A DNA stretch of 64,000 nucleotides from Squalus acanthias (lineage: Eukaryota), in contig JASTWF010000034.1 of assembly GCA_030390025.1 (NCBI GenBank), positions 5,704,001-5,768,000 on the forward strand. The letters are read 5' to 3'. Position numbers and translations under genes: made by a program. This document shows, one piece after another, positions 13,827 to 25,900 of the stretch (position 1 is its first letter; the number at the start of each line of letters is the position of its first letter). Below the pieces are notes generated by a model, which was given only the letters and a program-made list of their open reading frames with translations, was not told the DNA's origin and did no database searches.

Positions 13827-16270
13827 CTTCTTCTTAGGCAGTCCCACGGAAAACGAGGATGAGTGAGCACAGATGCAAGTGTCGTCTGCATACTGTAATT
13901 CGATGACAGAGGATGGAACGACCTTGGATCTGGACTGGAGGCGATGGAGATTGAACAGTTTCCCATTTGTTCTGTAGATTAGCTCCACTCGCGGCGGGAG
14001 CTTACTGAGGGTGAGATGGAGCATTGCAGCCAGGAACAACGAGAAGAGCGTTGTTGCGATGACACAGCCTTGCTTGACCCCGGTCCATACATGAATTGGG
14101 TCTCTGGTGGATCTGTTTGTCAGGATTACAGCTTGAATGTTGTCGTGAAGCAGGCGGAGGAAGGTGACAAACTTTTGAGGGCTGCTGAATTTGAGAGGAT
14201 ACTCCATAATCACTCACGGTTGATGGTGTCGAAGGCCTTTATGAGGTCAAAGAAGACCATGTACAGCGGTTGGTGCTGTTCCCTGAATTTCTCTTGTAGT
14301 TGAGGCGCGGTGAAGATCATGTCCATTGTGCCCCTTCGTGGGCGTAATCCGCATTGCCCATTCTGGGAGTAGCTCTTCAGCCACTGGGAGAAGGCGATTG
14401 AGGAGGTTTCTTGCGATGACTTTCCTGTGGCAGACAGCAGGGAGACTGCTCTGTAATTACCACAATCAGACTTGTCACCTTTCTTGAAGATGGTCACGAT
14501 TACGGCGTCTCTGAGATCCCCTGGCATGCTCTCCTCCTTCCAATAAGAGAAATGAGTTCATGTATTCGCGCCAATAGTACTTCTTCACCATGTTTTAGCG
14601 CCTCGGCGGGGATTCCATCTGCTCCTGAGGCCTTGTTGTTCTTCAGTTGTCGGATGGCCTTTTCAACCTCATGCCGGACTGAGGTTGTGCTGAGGTGGTT
14701 GCGGGCAGCATGCTGCGGGATGGAGTTGAGGACACTCGCATCGAAGACAGAGTTTCGGTTAAGCAGGTCTTCGAAGTCTCCTTCCAGGGGGCACTGTCTA
14801 CCTCTCTGTCCTTGATGAGTACCTCTCCATTCTTAGCCCGCAGTGGGGTAGGACCATGGGTGCTTGGGCAGTAGGTGGTCTTGAATGCGCTAAAGAATCC
14901 ACGCACGCCGTGGTTGTCGGCTAGCTGCTGGATCTCCTGCGCTTTCTCCACCCACCATCTGTTCTTAGGTCGCGAGTTTTTTGTTGGACCTCGGCCTTCA
15001 ATGTCTCTAGAGCTGCTTTCTTGCTCTCGAGTTCTGTTACTGTTTCCAGATCAGCAATGCCTTGCCCTTGCGACTTATCAGCTAGTGGATCTCCTGGTCG
15101 TTCTTGTTGAACCAGTCTTGATTTTTCCTGGTCGAGTGACCGAGCGTCTCTTCGCAGGTGCTGATTATGGAGGCCTTGAGTGCAGACCAGGCGCCGTGGA
15201 CACTGTGTCTCTGAATCACTGGGAGTCGTCAGGGTGGTTGTGAGGCGCAGGCTGAATAGAGCTTTCTTAGCAGGGTCTTTGAGTGCTCCAGGCGTTGATT
15301 TTCCTGCGGCATTGCATCTGTTGCCGCCGCTGTTTTGGGGCTACGTTGATGGAGATCACAGAGCTGATTAGGCAGTGGGCTGTCCAGCCTGCATCAGCTC
15401 CTGTCATGGCACAGGTGATGCGGACGTCCTTGCGGTCCCTCGCTCGGGCGATGACGTAGTCCAACAGATACCAGTGTTGGAGCGAGGGTGTTGCCATGAA
15501 GCCTTGTACTTGTCTCTCTGACGGAACAAGGTGTTGGTTATGAAAAGGCCATGTTCTTAGCATTTCGTCAGGAGGAGGGTACCATTGGAGTTGGCTTTCC
15601 CTACCCCCTCTCTGCTGATCACACCTCCCAGAGGTCTGTGTCCTTTCCACCTCTGGTGTTGAAGTCGCCAAGGGGGATCAACTTGTCGCCCATTGGGACT
15701 CGGGACAGGGATTGTTCGAGGCTGGAGTAGAATTCGTCTTTGGTCTTGTCTGTGGCTTCCAGTGTTGGGGCGGATGCACTGATGACCGTAGCGCACTGGT
15801 TCCGGGCTAGGTTGAGCCATGAGTGATGAGGCGTTCATTTATCCACAAGGGGAGTCTCTGAGACGTTTAACTAGCTCATTTTTTATGGCCACAACTACCC
15901 CATGGAGGCGGCGTTCTTCTTCAGGTTTGCCTTTCCAGAAGAAGGTGTACCCACAGCCTTGCTCCTTGAGCTGGCCTTCCTCTGGCCACTGGGTCTCGCT
16001 TAGGGCGGTGATGTCTATGTCGAAACGTCTGAGCTCCCGGGCAACGATAGCACAATGGCGTTCCGGTCTGTCGCTGTTGGCTTGTCCATGAGGGTTCTGA
16101 TGTTCCAGGTCCCGAACTTCATTTTAAAGGGTGGAAGATGCCTTTGCGTGAATTCTTTTAACGTGGGTTGGCCGTTGCACACCAGCTACCAAAAAAGGCT
16201 TGACAGAGCAAGGTCTTGGTCCAATGGCAAGGGGATCCAAGACGATTGGAGACCAGGCTCTGCTACATCG
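13827..16270 (-). mobile_element. RTE-clade LINE, degenerate APE endonuclease plus RT, C-terminal part missing
   Basis: ATG at 16122 begins MKFGTWNIRTLMD…DITALSET…GQLKEQGCGYTFFWKG (APE). RT pieces: IVTIFKKGDKSDCGNYRAVSLLS, DMIFTAPQLQEK, FFDLIKAFDTINRE, GVKQGCVIA, ELQYADD. Several frameshifts. Ends with a short (AAG)n tail at ~13827-13835. 5' boundary approximate. Confidence 0.88.
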
Positions 16271-16443
16271 GCCGAGCACACGCACTCAACCCACCCCTAC
16301 TGTCCTCCTCCCTCTTCCCGCAGGTCCTCTCTGCCTGCGTTTCATAGGCTGCAGTGTGGTCCTCCCGACCCCGCTGCGCCACTCCTGGGCATCGACCTTG
16401 CCCCCGGGCCCCTCCCTCGCCCCTGGGCCCCGCCCTTCTCATC

Positions 16444-16675
16444 GTGTGTCTCCTTCCAGTGAGTGTATCCCGCGGTGTGTCTCCTTCCAGTGAGTGTGTC
16501 CCGCGGTGTGTCTCCTTCCAGCGAGTGTGTCCCGCGGTGCCTCCTTCCAGTCAGTGTGTCCCGCGGTGTGTCTCCTTCAGTGAGTGTGTCCCGCGGTGTG
16601 ACTCCTTCCAGTGAGTGTGTCATGCGGTGTGTCTACTTCCAGTGAGTGTGGCCCGCGGTGTGTCTCCTTCTAGTG
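16444..16675. repeat. 31-bp minisatellite GTGAGTGTGTCCCGCGGTGTGTCTCCTTCCA, ~7.5 copies
   Basis: Units start at 16459, 16490 and so on. Confidence 0.93.
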
Positions 16676-17091
16676 AGGGAGCTTTATGCTGTATCTAACG
16701 TGTACTGCATCTGCCCTGGGAGCGTTTGATGGGACAGAGTAGAGAGAGCTTTAATCTGTATCTAATCCATGCTGCAGCCGCCCTGCGAGTGTTGATGGGA
16801 CAGTACAGAGGGAGCTTTACTCTGTCTAACTCGTGTTCTCCCTGTCCTGGACGGGTTTGATGGGACAGTGTAATCGGGAGCTTTACTCTGTATCACACAT
16901 TGTCTGAATGTGTCCTGGAAGTGTTTGATGGGATAGTGTAGAGGGAGCTTTGCTCTGTTTCTAACTCCCGCTGTACCTGCCCTGGGAAAGTTTGATGGGA
17001 CAGTGTAAAGGGAGCATTACTCTCTATCAAACGTGGTCTGAACCTGCCCTGGGAGTGTTTGATGAGACTGTTTAGAGGAAGCTTTACTCTG
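16676..17091. repeat. 67-bp degenerate tandem repeat (GGGAGCTTTACTCTGTATCTAACCCGTGCTGTACCTGCCCTGGGAGTGTTTGATGGGACAGTGTAGA), segment 1
   Basis: About 6 diverged units visible. The unit resembles a tandem repeat I recall as common in shark assemblies (not verified). Confidence 0.9.
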
Positions 17092-17797
17092 CACATTCAC
17101 TTTCAATGACACATGTACAAGGACACCCAGGTCCCTTTGTGCATCTGCGTTCACCAATCTTTCACCATTTAGGAAATACTCTGCCTTTCTGTTTTGTCTA
17201 CCAAACTGGATAACTTCACATTTATCGACATTATATTCCATCTGCCATGTTCACGCCCCTCACTGAGCCCTTTGAGATCCCCTTGAAGTCTCTTCACATC
17301 TTCTTCACAACTGACACTGCCACCTAGCTTTGTATCATCAGCAAATTTGGAAATGTTACATTTAGTCCCCTCATCCAAATCCTTGGTATAGATTGTGAAT
17401 AGCTGGGGTCCAAGCACCGATCCTTGTGGTACACCACTGGTCACAGCCTGCCATCCTGAAAAATACCCGTTTTTCCCTACTCTTTGTTTTCTGTCTGTTA
17501 ACCAATTCTGAAACCATGCTATTATATAACCCCCAATTCAATGTGCCCTCATTTTGTTCACCAAACTCTTGTGTGGGACCTTATCGAAGGTCTTATGAAA
17601 ATACAGATACACCACATCCACCGGTTCCCCTTTGTCTACTCCAGTAGTTACATCCTCAAAGAACTCCAATATGTTTGTCAAACAGGATTTCCCTTTCCTA
17701 AATCCATGCTGACTCTGCCCAATCTTACTATTAGTTTCTAAGTGCCCAGTTATTGCATCCTTTATAATAGATTCCTGCATTTTCCCAACTACTGATC
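17092..17797 (-). mobile_element. CR1 LINE internal RT fragment, no 3' tail
   Basis: SQHGFRKGKSCLTNILEFFEDVT, TFDKVPH, VTSGVPQGSVLGPQLFTIY, ISKFADDTKLGG, YNVDKCEVIQFG; frameshifted. Confidence 0.93.
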
Positions 17798-18318
17798 GAC
17801 CTGCCCTAGGAATGTTTCATGGGACATTGTAGAGGGAGCTTTACTCTTTATCTAACCCGTGCTTTACCTGCCCTGGGAGTGTTCGATGGGACAGTGTAGA
17901 AGCAGCTTTACACTGTATCAAACGTGGTCTGAACCTGCCCTGGGAGTGTTTGATGGGACAGTGTAGAGGCAGCTTTACTTTGCATCTAATAGAAGCTGTA
18001 CTTGCCCTGGGAGCATTTGATGGGACTTTGTAGAGGGAGCTTTACTCCGTGTCTAACCTGTGCTGTACCTGCAGTGGGAATGTTTGATGCGACAGTGTAG
18101 AGAGAGCTTTACTCTATCTAAAATAACAACAGAAAACGCTGGAAAAACTCAGCAGGCCAGGCAGCATCCGTGGAGAGAGAAAGAGAGTTAACGTTTCAGG
18201 TCGATGACCTTTACTCTATCTAACCCGTGCTGCACCTGCCCTGAGAGGGTTTGATGGGACATTGTAGAGGGAGCTTTAATCTCTATCTAACCCGTGCTGT
18301 ACCTGTCCTGGGAGTGAT
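17798..18318. repeat. 67-bp tandem repeat, segment 2 (interrupted at 18122-18208)
   Basis: Units at 17834 and 17901 give the 67-bp period. Confidence 0.9.
18122..18208. mobile_element. 87-bp insertion with 15-bp target-site duplication; resembles a Penelope-like terminal-repeat fragment
   Basis: CTTTACTCTATCTAA at 18107-18121 and 18209-18223. Insert reads AACAGAAAACGCTGGAAAAACTCAGCAGG…GTTAACGTTTCAGGTCGATGAC. Family call is from memory. Confidence 0.65.
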
Positions 18319-19860
18319 TTGAATGTTGTGAGCGTTCCTGCCTCTACCACCCTTTAAGGGAGTGAGCTCCAGATTTCAACCACCCTCTGGGTGAAAAGGT
18401 TTTGCCTCAAATCCCCTCTAAACCTCCTGCCCCTTACCTTGAAACTATGCCCCCTGGTTATTGACCCGTCTGCGAAGGTGAAGAATTTCCTTTTTATCCA
18501 CCCGAGCTATGCCCCTCATAATTTTGTACACCTCAATCAGGTCCCCCCTCAGCCTTCCCTGCTTTAAGGAAAACAACCCCATCCTGTCCAGTCTCTCTTC
18601 ACAGCTGAAACGCTCCAGCCCAGGTGACATCCTGGTGAATCTCCTCTGCACCCTGTCCAATTCAATCACATCCCTCCTATAGTGTGGTGACCAGAACTGC
18701 ACACAGTATTCCAGCTGTGGCCTAACCAGCGTTTTGTACAGCTCCATCATAACCTCCCTCCTCTTATATACTATGCCTCGGCTAATGAAGGCAAGTATCC
18801 AATATGCCTTTTTAACCACCTTATCTGCCTGTCCTGCTGCCTTCAGGGATCTATGTACATGCACGCCAAGGTCCCTCTGATCCTCTGTCCTTCCTAGGGT
18901 CCTACCATTCATTGTGTATTCCCTTGCCTTGTTTGTCCTCCCAAAATGCATCACCTCACACTTTTCAGGGTTAAATTACATTTGCCACTGTTCTGCCCAT
19001 CTAACCATCCAGCCTGTATCGTCCTGTAGTCTGAGGCTTCCCTTCTCGCTATTTACCACTCCACCAATTTTCGTGTCATCTGCGAACTTACATTCATATC
19101 TAAATCATTAATGTACACTACAAACAGCAAAGGACCCAGCACCGTTCCCTGCTGTACACCACTGGACACTGGCTTCCATTCACAAAAACTACCTTCGAGC
19201 ATCACCATCTGCCTCCTGCCACTAAGCCAATTTTGAATCAAATGTGCCAAATTGCCCTGGATCCCATGGCCTCTCACCGTCTTGATCAGTCTCCCATGTG
19301 GGACTTTATCAAAAGCCTTACTGAAGACCATGTAGACGACATCAACTGCACTATCCTCATCCATACACCTAGTCACCCCCTCAAAAATTCAATCAAATTT
19401 GTTAGAGATGATCTCACCCTGACAAAGCCATGCTGACTATCCCTGATTAATCCTTGCCTCTCCAAGTGGAGACTAATTTTGTCCCTCAGAATTTTTTCCA
19501 ATAATTCCCCTATCACTGATGTTAGGCTCACTGGCCTGTAATTCCCTGGTTTATCCCAACTACCCTTCTTGAACAATGGTACTATGTTAGCTGTTCTCCA
19601 GTCCTCTGGCACCTCCCCTGTGGTCAGAGAGGTTCTGAAAATTTGAGTCCGAGGCCCTGCAGTCTCCTCCCTTGCCTCACACTGCAGCCTGGGATACATC
19701 CCGTCAGGACCTGGGGATTTATTCACTTTGAAGCCCACTAAAACCGCTAGTACCTTCTTCCTCTCAATACTAATTTGTTCAAGTATATCACAATACCCCT
19801 GCCTAATTTCTATGCCTCCATCGTCCTTCCCCATAGTGAACACAGATGCAAAATATTAAT
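18319..19860 (-). mobile_element. CR1 LINE ORF2 fragment (linker, RT, C-terminal region), no 3' tail
   Basis: KSPGPDGMYPR, VPEDWRTANIVPLFKKG, NYRPVSLTS, FSKAFDKVPHGRL, LYKTLVRPQLEYCVQFWSPH; frameshifts and a small deletion near 19090. Confidence 0.94.
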
Positions 19861-19864
19861 TTCA

Positions 19865-19958
19865 GAGGTTTACTCTGTAACAAACATTGTCTGAACCTGC
19901 CCTGGGATTTTTTGATGGGACAGTGTAGAGAGTTTTTCTCTGTATCGAACCCCTGCTG
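19865..19958. repeat. 67-bp tandem repeat, segment 3, abutting the left edge of the main 47-bp array
   Basis: TTTACTCTGTAA…ACCTGCCCTGGGA…TTTGATGGGACAGTGTAGAGAG. Confidence 0.8.
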
Positions 19959-22900
19959 ACACCAGTACTGAACCCTGGGGAATCGTCCTGTAAACCTCTC
20001 TCCAGCACCCCCGTACGGACTCTTGGGGAACTCCACTGTCGATCTACCTCCAGACCCCAGTACTGAACCCTGGGGAACTCCACGGTATACCTCCCTCTAG
20101 CCCGTTGTACTGACCCCCTGGGGAACAGCACTGTATACCTCCCTCCAGCACCCAGTACTGAAACCTGGAGAACTCCGCTGGAAACCTCTCTCCAGCACTC
20201 CCGTACAGACCCTTGGGGAACTCCACTGTCTATCTCCCTCCCGCTCCTGATACTGTACCCTGGGGAACTCCACTGTTTACATCCCTCCAGACCCCAGTAC
20301 GGAACCCTGGGGATTTGCGCAGCATACATTCCCCCAGACAGCCGTACTGAACCCTGGGGAACTCCACTGTACACCTCCTTCCAGACCCCAGTACTGAACC
20401 CTGGGGAACTGCACTGTTTCCATCCCTCCAGCCCCCATTACTGAACCCTGGGGAACTCCACTGTATACCTCCCTCCAGCCTCCAGTACTGAACCCTGGGG
20501 AACTCCACTGTGTAACTCCCTCCAGCACCCAGTACTGAACCCTGGGAACTCCACTGTATACCTGCCTCCAGCCCCTGCTACTGAACCCTGGGAACTCCAC
20601 TGTACACCTCCCTCCAGACACCATTACTGAACACTGGGGAAATCCCACTGTATACTTCCCGCCAGACCCCAGTACTGAACCCTGGGGAACTCCACTGTAC
20701 ACCTCCCTCCAGACCCCTGTACTGAACCCTGGGGAACTCCACTGTTTACCGCCCTCCAGACACCAGTACTGAACCCTGGGGAACTCCACTGTATACCTCC
20801 CTCCAGCCCAAAGTACATAACCCTGGGGAACTCCACTGTATACATCGCTCGAGCCCAGTACTGTACTGTGGGGAACACCCACTGTACACCTCTCTCCAGA
20901 CCCCAGTACTGAACCCTGTGGAACAGGCACTTTATACCTCCCTCCAGCCCAAAGTAACAGCGTCCTGGGTATGTCCAGTGTTTGCCTACCTCCAGCCCCC
21001 TGTTTTACACCCTGGGGAACTCACTATATAACTCCCATCAGCCCAGAATACTGAACCCTGGGAAACTCCACTGTATACCTCCCTCCAGACCCAGTACTGA
21101 ACCCTGGGGAACTCCACTGTATACCTCCCCCAGACCCAGTACTGAACCCTGGGGAACTCCACTGTATACCTCCCTCCAGACCCAGTACTGAACCCTGGGG
21201 AACTCCACTGTATACCTCCCTCCAGACCCCAGTACTGAACCCTGGGGAACTCCACTGTATACCTCCCTCCAGACCCCAGTACTGAACCCTGGGGAACTCC
21301 ACTGTATACCTCCCTCCAGACCCCAGTACTGAACCCTGGGGAACTCCACTGTATACCTCCCTCCAGACCCCAGTACTGAACCCTGGGGAACTCCACTGTA
21401 TACATCCCTCCAGCCCCCAGTACTGAACCCTGGGGAACTCCACTGTATACCTCCCTCCAGACCCCAGTACTGAACCCTGGGGAACTCCACTGTATACCTC
21501 CCTCCAGACCCCAGTACTGAACCCTGGGGAACTCCACTGTATACCTCCCTCCAGACCCCAGTACTGAACCCTGTGGAACAGCACTGTATATCTCCCCGAA
21601 GCACACAGTACTGAACCATGGGTAACTCCACTGTATACCTCCCTCCAGCCCCTGCTACTGATCACTGACGAAATCCAGTGTATACTTCCCTCCAGACCAC
21701 AGTACTGAACCCAGGGGAACTACACTGTATACCTCCCCCCAGTCACCAGTACTGAACCCTGGGGAACTCCACTGTATACCTCCCTCCAGAAACCCAGTAC
21801 TGAACCCAGGGGAACTCCAATGTATACCTCCCTCCAGCCCACAGTACTGAACCCTGGGGAACTCCATTGTATACCTCCCTCCAGCCCACAGTACTGAACC
21901 CTGGGGAACTCCATTGTATACCTCCCTCTAGACCCTGCTACTGAACCCTGGGGAACTCCACTGTATACATCCCTCCATACACCAGGACTGAACCCTGGGG
22001 AACGCCACTGTATACCTCCCTCCAGCCCCCAGTACTGAACCCTGGGGAACTCCACTGTATACCTCCCTCCAGACCCCAGTACTGAACCCTGGGGAACTCC
22101 ACTGTATACCTCCCTCCAGACCCCAGTACTGAACCCTGGGGAACTCCACTGTATACCTCCCTCCAGACCCAGTACTGAACCCTGGGAACTCCACTGTATA
22201 CCTCCCTCCAGACCCCAGTACTGAACCCTGGGGAACTCCACTGTATACCTCCCTCCAGACCCCAGTACTGAACCCTGGGGAACTCCACTGTATACCTCCC
22301 TCCAGACACCAGTACTGAACCCTGGGGAACTCCACTGTATACCTCCCTCCAGCACCAGGACTGAACCCTGGGGAACTCCACTGTATACCTCCCTCCAGCC
22401 CCAGTACTGAACCCTGGGGAACTCCACTGTATACCTCCCTCCAGACCCCAGTACTGAACCCTGGGGAACTCCACTGTATACCTCCCTCCAGACCCCAGTA
22501 CTGAACCCTGGGGAACTCCACTGTATACCTCCCTCCAGACCCCAGTACTGAACCCTGGGGAACTCCACTGTATACCTCCCTCCAGACCCCAGTACTGAAC
22601 CCTGGGGAACTCCACTGTATACCTCCCTCCAACCCCAGTACTGAACCCTGGGGAACTCCACTGTATACCTCCCTCCAGCCCCATACTGAACACTGGGGAA
22701 CTCCACTGTATACCTCCCTCCAGCCCCAGTACTGAACCCTGGGGAACTCCACTGTATACCTCCCTCCAGTCCCCAGTACTGAACCCTGGGAAACTCCACT
22801 GTATACCTCCCTCCAGCCCCCAGTACTGAACCCTGGGGAACTCCACTGTATACCTCCCCACAGACCCAGTACTGAACCCTGGGGAACTCCACTGTATACC

Positions 22901-25900
22901 ACCCTCCAGACCCCAGTAATGAAACCCTGGGGAACTCCACTGTATACCTCCCTCCAGAACCCAGTACTGAACCTGGGGAACTCACTGTATACCTCCCTCC
23001 AGACCCAGTACTGAACCCTGGGAACTCCACTGTATACCTCCCTCCAGACCCCAGTACTGAACCCTGGGGAACTCCACTGTATACCTCCCCCAGTCACCAG
23101 TACTGAACCCTGGGGAACTCCACTGTATACCTCCCTCCAGAACCCAGTACTGAACCCTGGGGAACTCCACTGTATACCTCCCTCCAGCCCACAGTACTGA
23201 ACCCTGGGGAACTCCACTGTATACCTCCCTCCAGCCCACAGTACTGAACCCTGGGGAACTCCATTGTATACCTTCCTCTAGACCCTGCTACTGAACCCTG
23301 GGGAACTCCACTGTATACATCACTCCATACACCAGTACTGAACCCTGGGGAACGCCACTGTATACCTCCCTCCAGCCCCCAGTACTGAACCCTGGGGAAC
23401 TCCACTGTATACCTCCCTCCAGCCCACAGTACTGAACCCTGGGGAACTCCACTGTATACCTCCCGCCAGACAACAGTATTGAACCCTGGGAGCTCCACTG
23501 TATACCTCCCTCCAGCCCCCAGTACTGAACCCTGGGGAACTCCACTGTATACCTCCCTCCAGACCCCAGTACTGAACCCTGGGGAACTCCACTGTATACC
23601 TCCCTCCAGACCCCAGTACTGAACCCTGGGGAACTCCACTGTATACCTCCCTCCAGACCCCAGTACTGAACCCTGGGGAACTCCACTGTATACCTCCCTC
23701 CAGCCCCAGTACTGAACCCTGGGGAACTCCACTGTATACCTCCCTCCAGACCCCAGTACTGAACCCTGGGGAACTCCACTGTATACCTCCCTCCAGACCC
23801 CAGTACTGAACCCTGGGGAACTCCACTGTATACCTCCTCCAGACCCCAGTACTGAACCCTGGGGAACTCCACTGTATACCTCCCTCCAGACCCCAGTACT
23901 GAACCCTGGGGAACTCCACTGTATACCTCCCTCCAGACCCCAGTACTGAACCCTGGGGAACTCCACTGTATACCTCCCTCCAGACCCCAGTACTGAACCC
24001 TGGGGAACTCCACTGTATACCTCCCTCCAGACCCCAGTACTGAACCCTGGGGAACTCCACTGTATACCTCCCTCCAGACCCAGTACTGAACCCTGGGAAC
24101 TCCACTGTATACTCCCTCCAGACCCCAGTACTGAACCCTGGGGAACTCCACTGTATACCTCCCTCCAGCCCCAGTACTGAACCCTGGGGAACTCCACTGT
24201 ATACCTCCCTCCAGACCCCAGTACTGAACCCTGGGGAACTCCACTGTATACCTCCCTCCAGACCCCAGTACTGAACCCTGGGGAACTCCACTGTATACCT
24301 CCCTCCAGACCCCAGTACTGAACCCTGGGAACTCCACTGTATACTCCCTCCAGACACCAGTACTGAACCCTGGGGAACTCCACTGTATACCTCCCTCCAG
24401 ACCCCAGTACTGAACCCTGGGGAACTCCACTGTATACCTCCCTCCAGACCCAGTACTGAACCCTGGGAACTCCACTGTATACCTCCCTCCAGACCCCAGT
24501 ACTGAACCCTGGGGAACTCCACTGTATACCTCCCTCCAGACCCCAGTACTGAACCCTGGGGAACTCACTGTATACCTCCCTCCAGACCCCAGTACTGAAC
24601 CCTGGGGAACTCCACTGTATACCTCCCTCCAGACCCCAGTACTGAACCCTGGGGAACTCCACTGTATACCTCCCTCCAGACCCCAGTACTGAACCCTGGG
24701 GAACTCCACTGTATACCTCCCTCCAGACCCAGTACTGAACCCTGGGGAACTCCACTGTATACCTCCCTCCAGACCCCAGTACTGAACCCTGGGGAACTCC
24801 ACTGTATACCTCCCTCCAGACCCCAGTACTGAACCCTGGGGAACTCCACTGTATACCTCCCTCAGACCCCAGTACTGAACCCTGGGGAACTCCACTGTAT
24901 ACCTCCCTCCAGACCCCAGTACTGAACCCTGGGGAACTCCACTGTATACCTCCCTCCAGACCCCAGTACTGAACCCTGGGGAACTCCACTGTATACCTCC
25001 CTCCAGACCCCAGTACTGAACCCTGGGGAACTCCACTGTATACCTCCCTCCAGCCCCCAGTACTGAACCCTGGGGAACTCCACTGTATACCTCCTCCAGA
25101 CACCAGTACTGAACCCTGGGGAACTCCACTGTATACCTCCCTCCATACACCAGTACTGAACCCTGGGGAACTCCACTGTATACCTCCCTCCAGCCCCCAG
25201 TACTGAACCCTGGGGAACTCCATTGTATAGCTCCCTCCAGCCCCCAGTACTGAACCCTGGGGAATGCCACTGTATACCTCCCTCCAGACACCAGTACTGA
25301 ACCCAGGGGAACTCCAGTGTATACCTCCCTCTGGACATCAGTACTGAACCCTGGGGAACTCCACTGTATACCTCCCTCCAGCCCCCAGTACTGGACCCTG
25401 GGGAACTCCACTGTATACATGCCCCCAGACTCCAGTAATTTAAACCCTGGGGAACTCCATTGTATACCTCCCTCCAGCCCCTGCTACTGAACACTGGGGA
25501 ACTCCACTTTATACATCCCTCCAGCCCCAGTACTGAACCCTGGGGAACTCCACTGTATACCTCCCTCCAGACCCCAGTACTGAACCCTGGGAACTCCACT
25601 GTATACCTCCCTCCAGACCCCAGTACTGAACCCTGGGGAACTCCACTGTATACCTCCCTCCAGACCCCAGTACTGAACCCTGGGGAACTCCACTGTATAC
25701 CTCCCTCCAGACCCCAGTACTGAACCCTGGGGAACTCCACTGTATACCTCCCTCCAGACCCCAGTACTGAACCCTGGGGAACTCCACTGTATACCTCCCT
25801 CCAGACCCCAGTACTGAACCCTGGGGAACTCCACTGTATACCTCCCTCCAGACCCCAGTACTGAACCCTGGGGAACTCCACTGTATACCTCCCTCCAGAC

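Noticed and set aside
6197..13966. Long ORFs (2072, 1233, 1008 aa and others) as protein-coding genes
   Set aside because: They overlap in all three frames, mostly lack ATG starts, some run through the N gap, and they follow automatically from a stop-free monomer.
16275..16443. GC-rich stretch as a CpG-island promoter
   Set aside because: Under 200 bp, wedged between repeats, with no linked exon.
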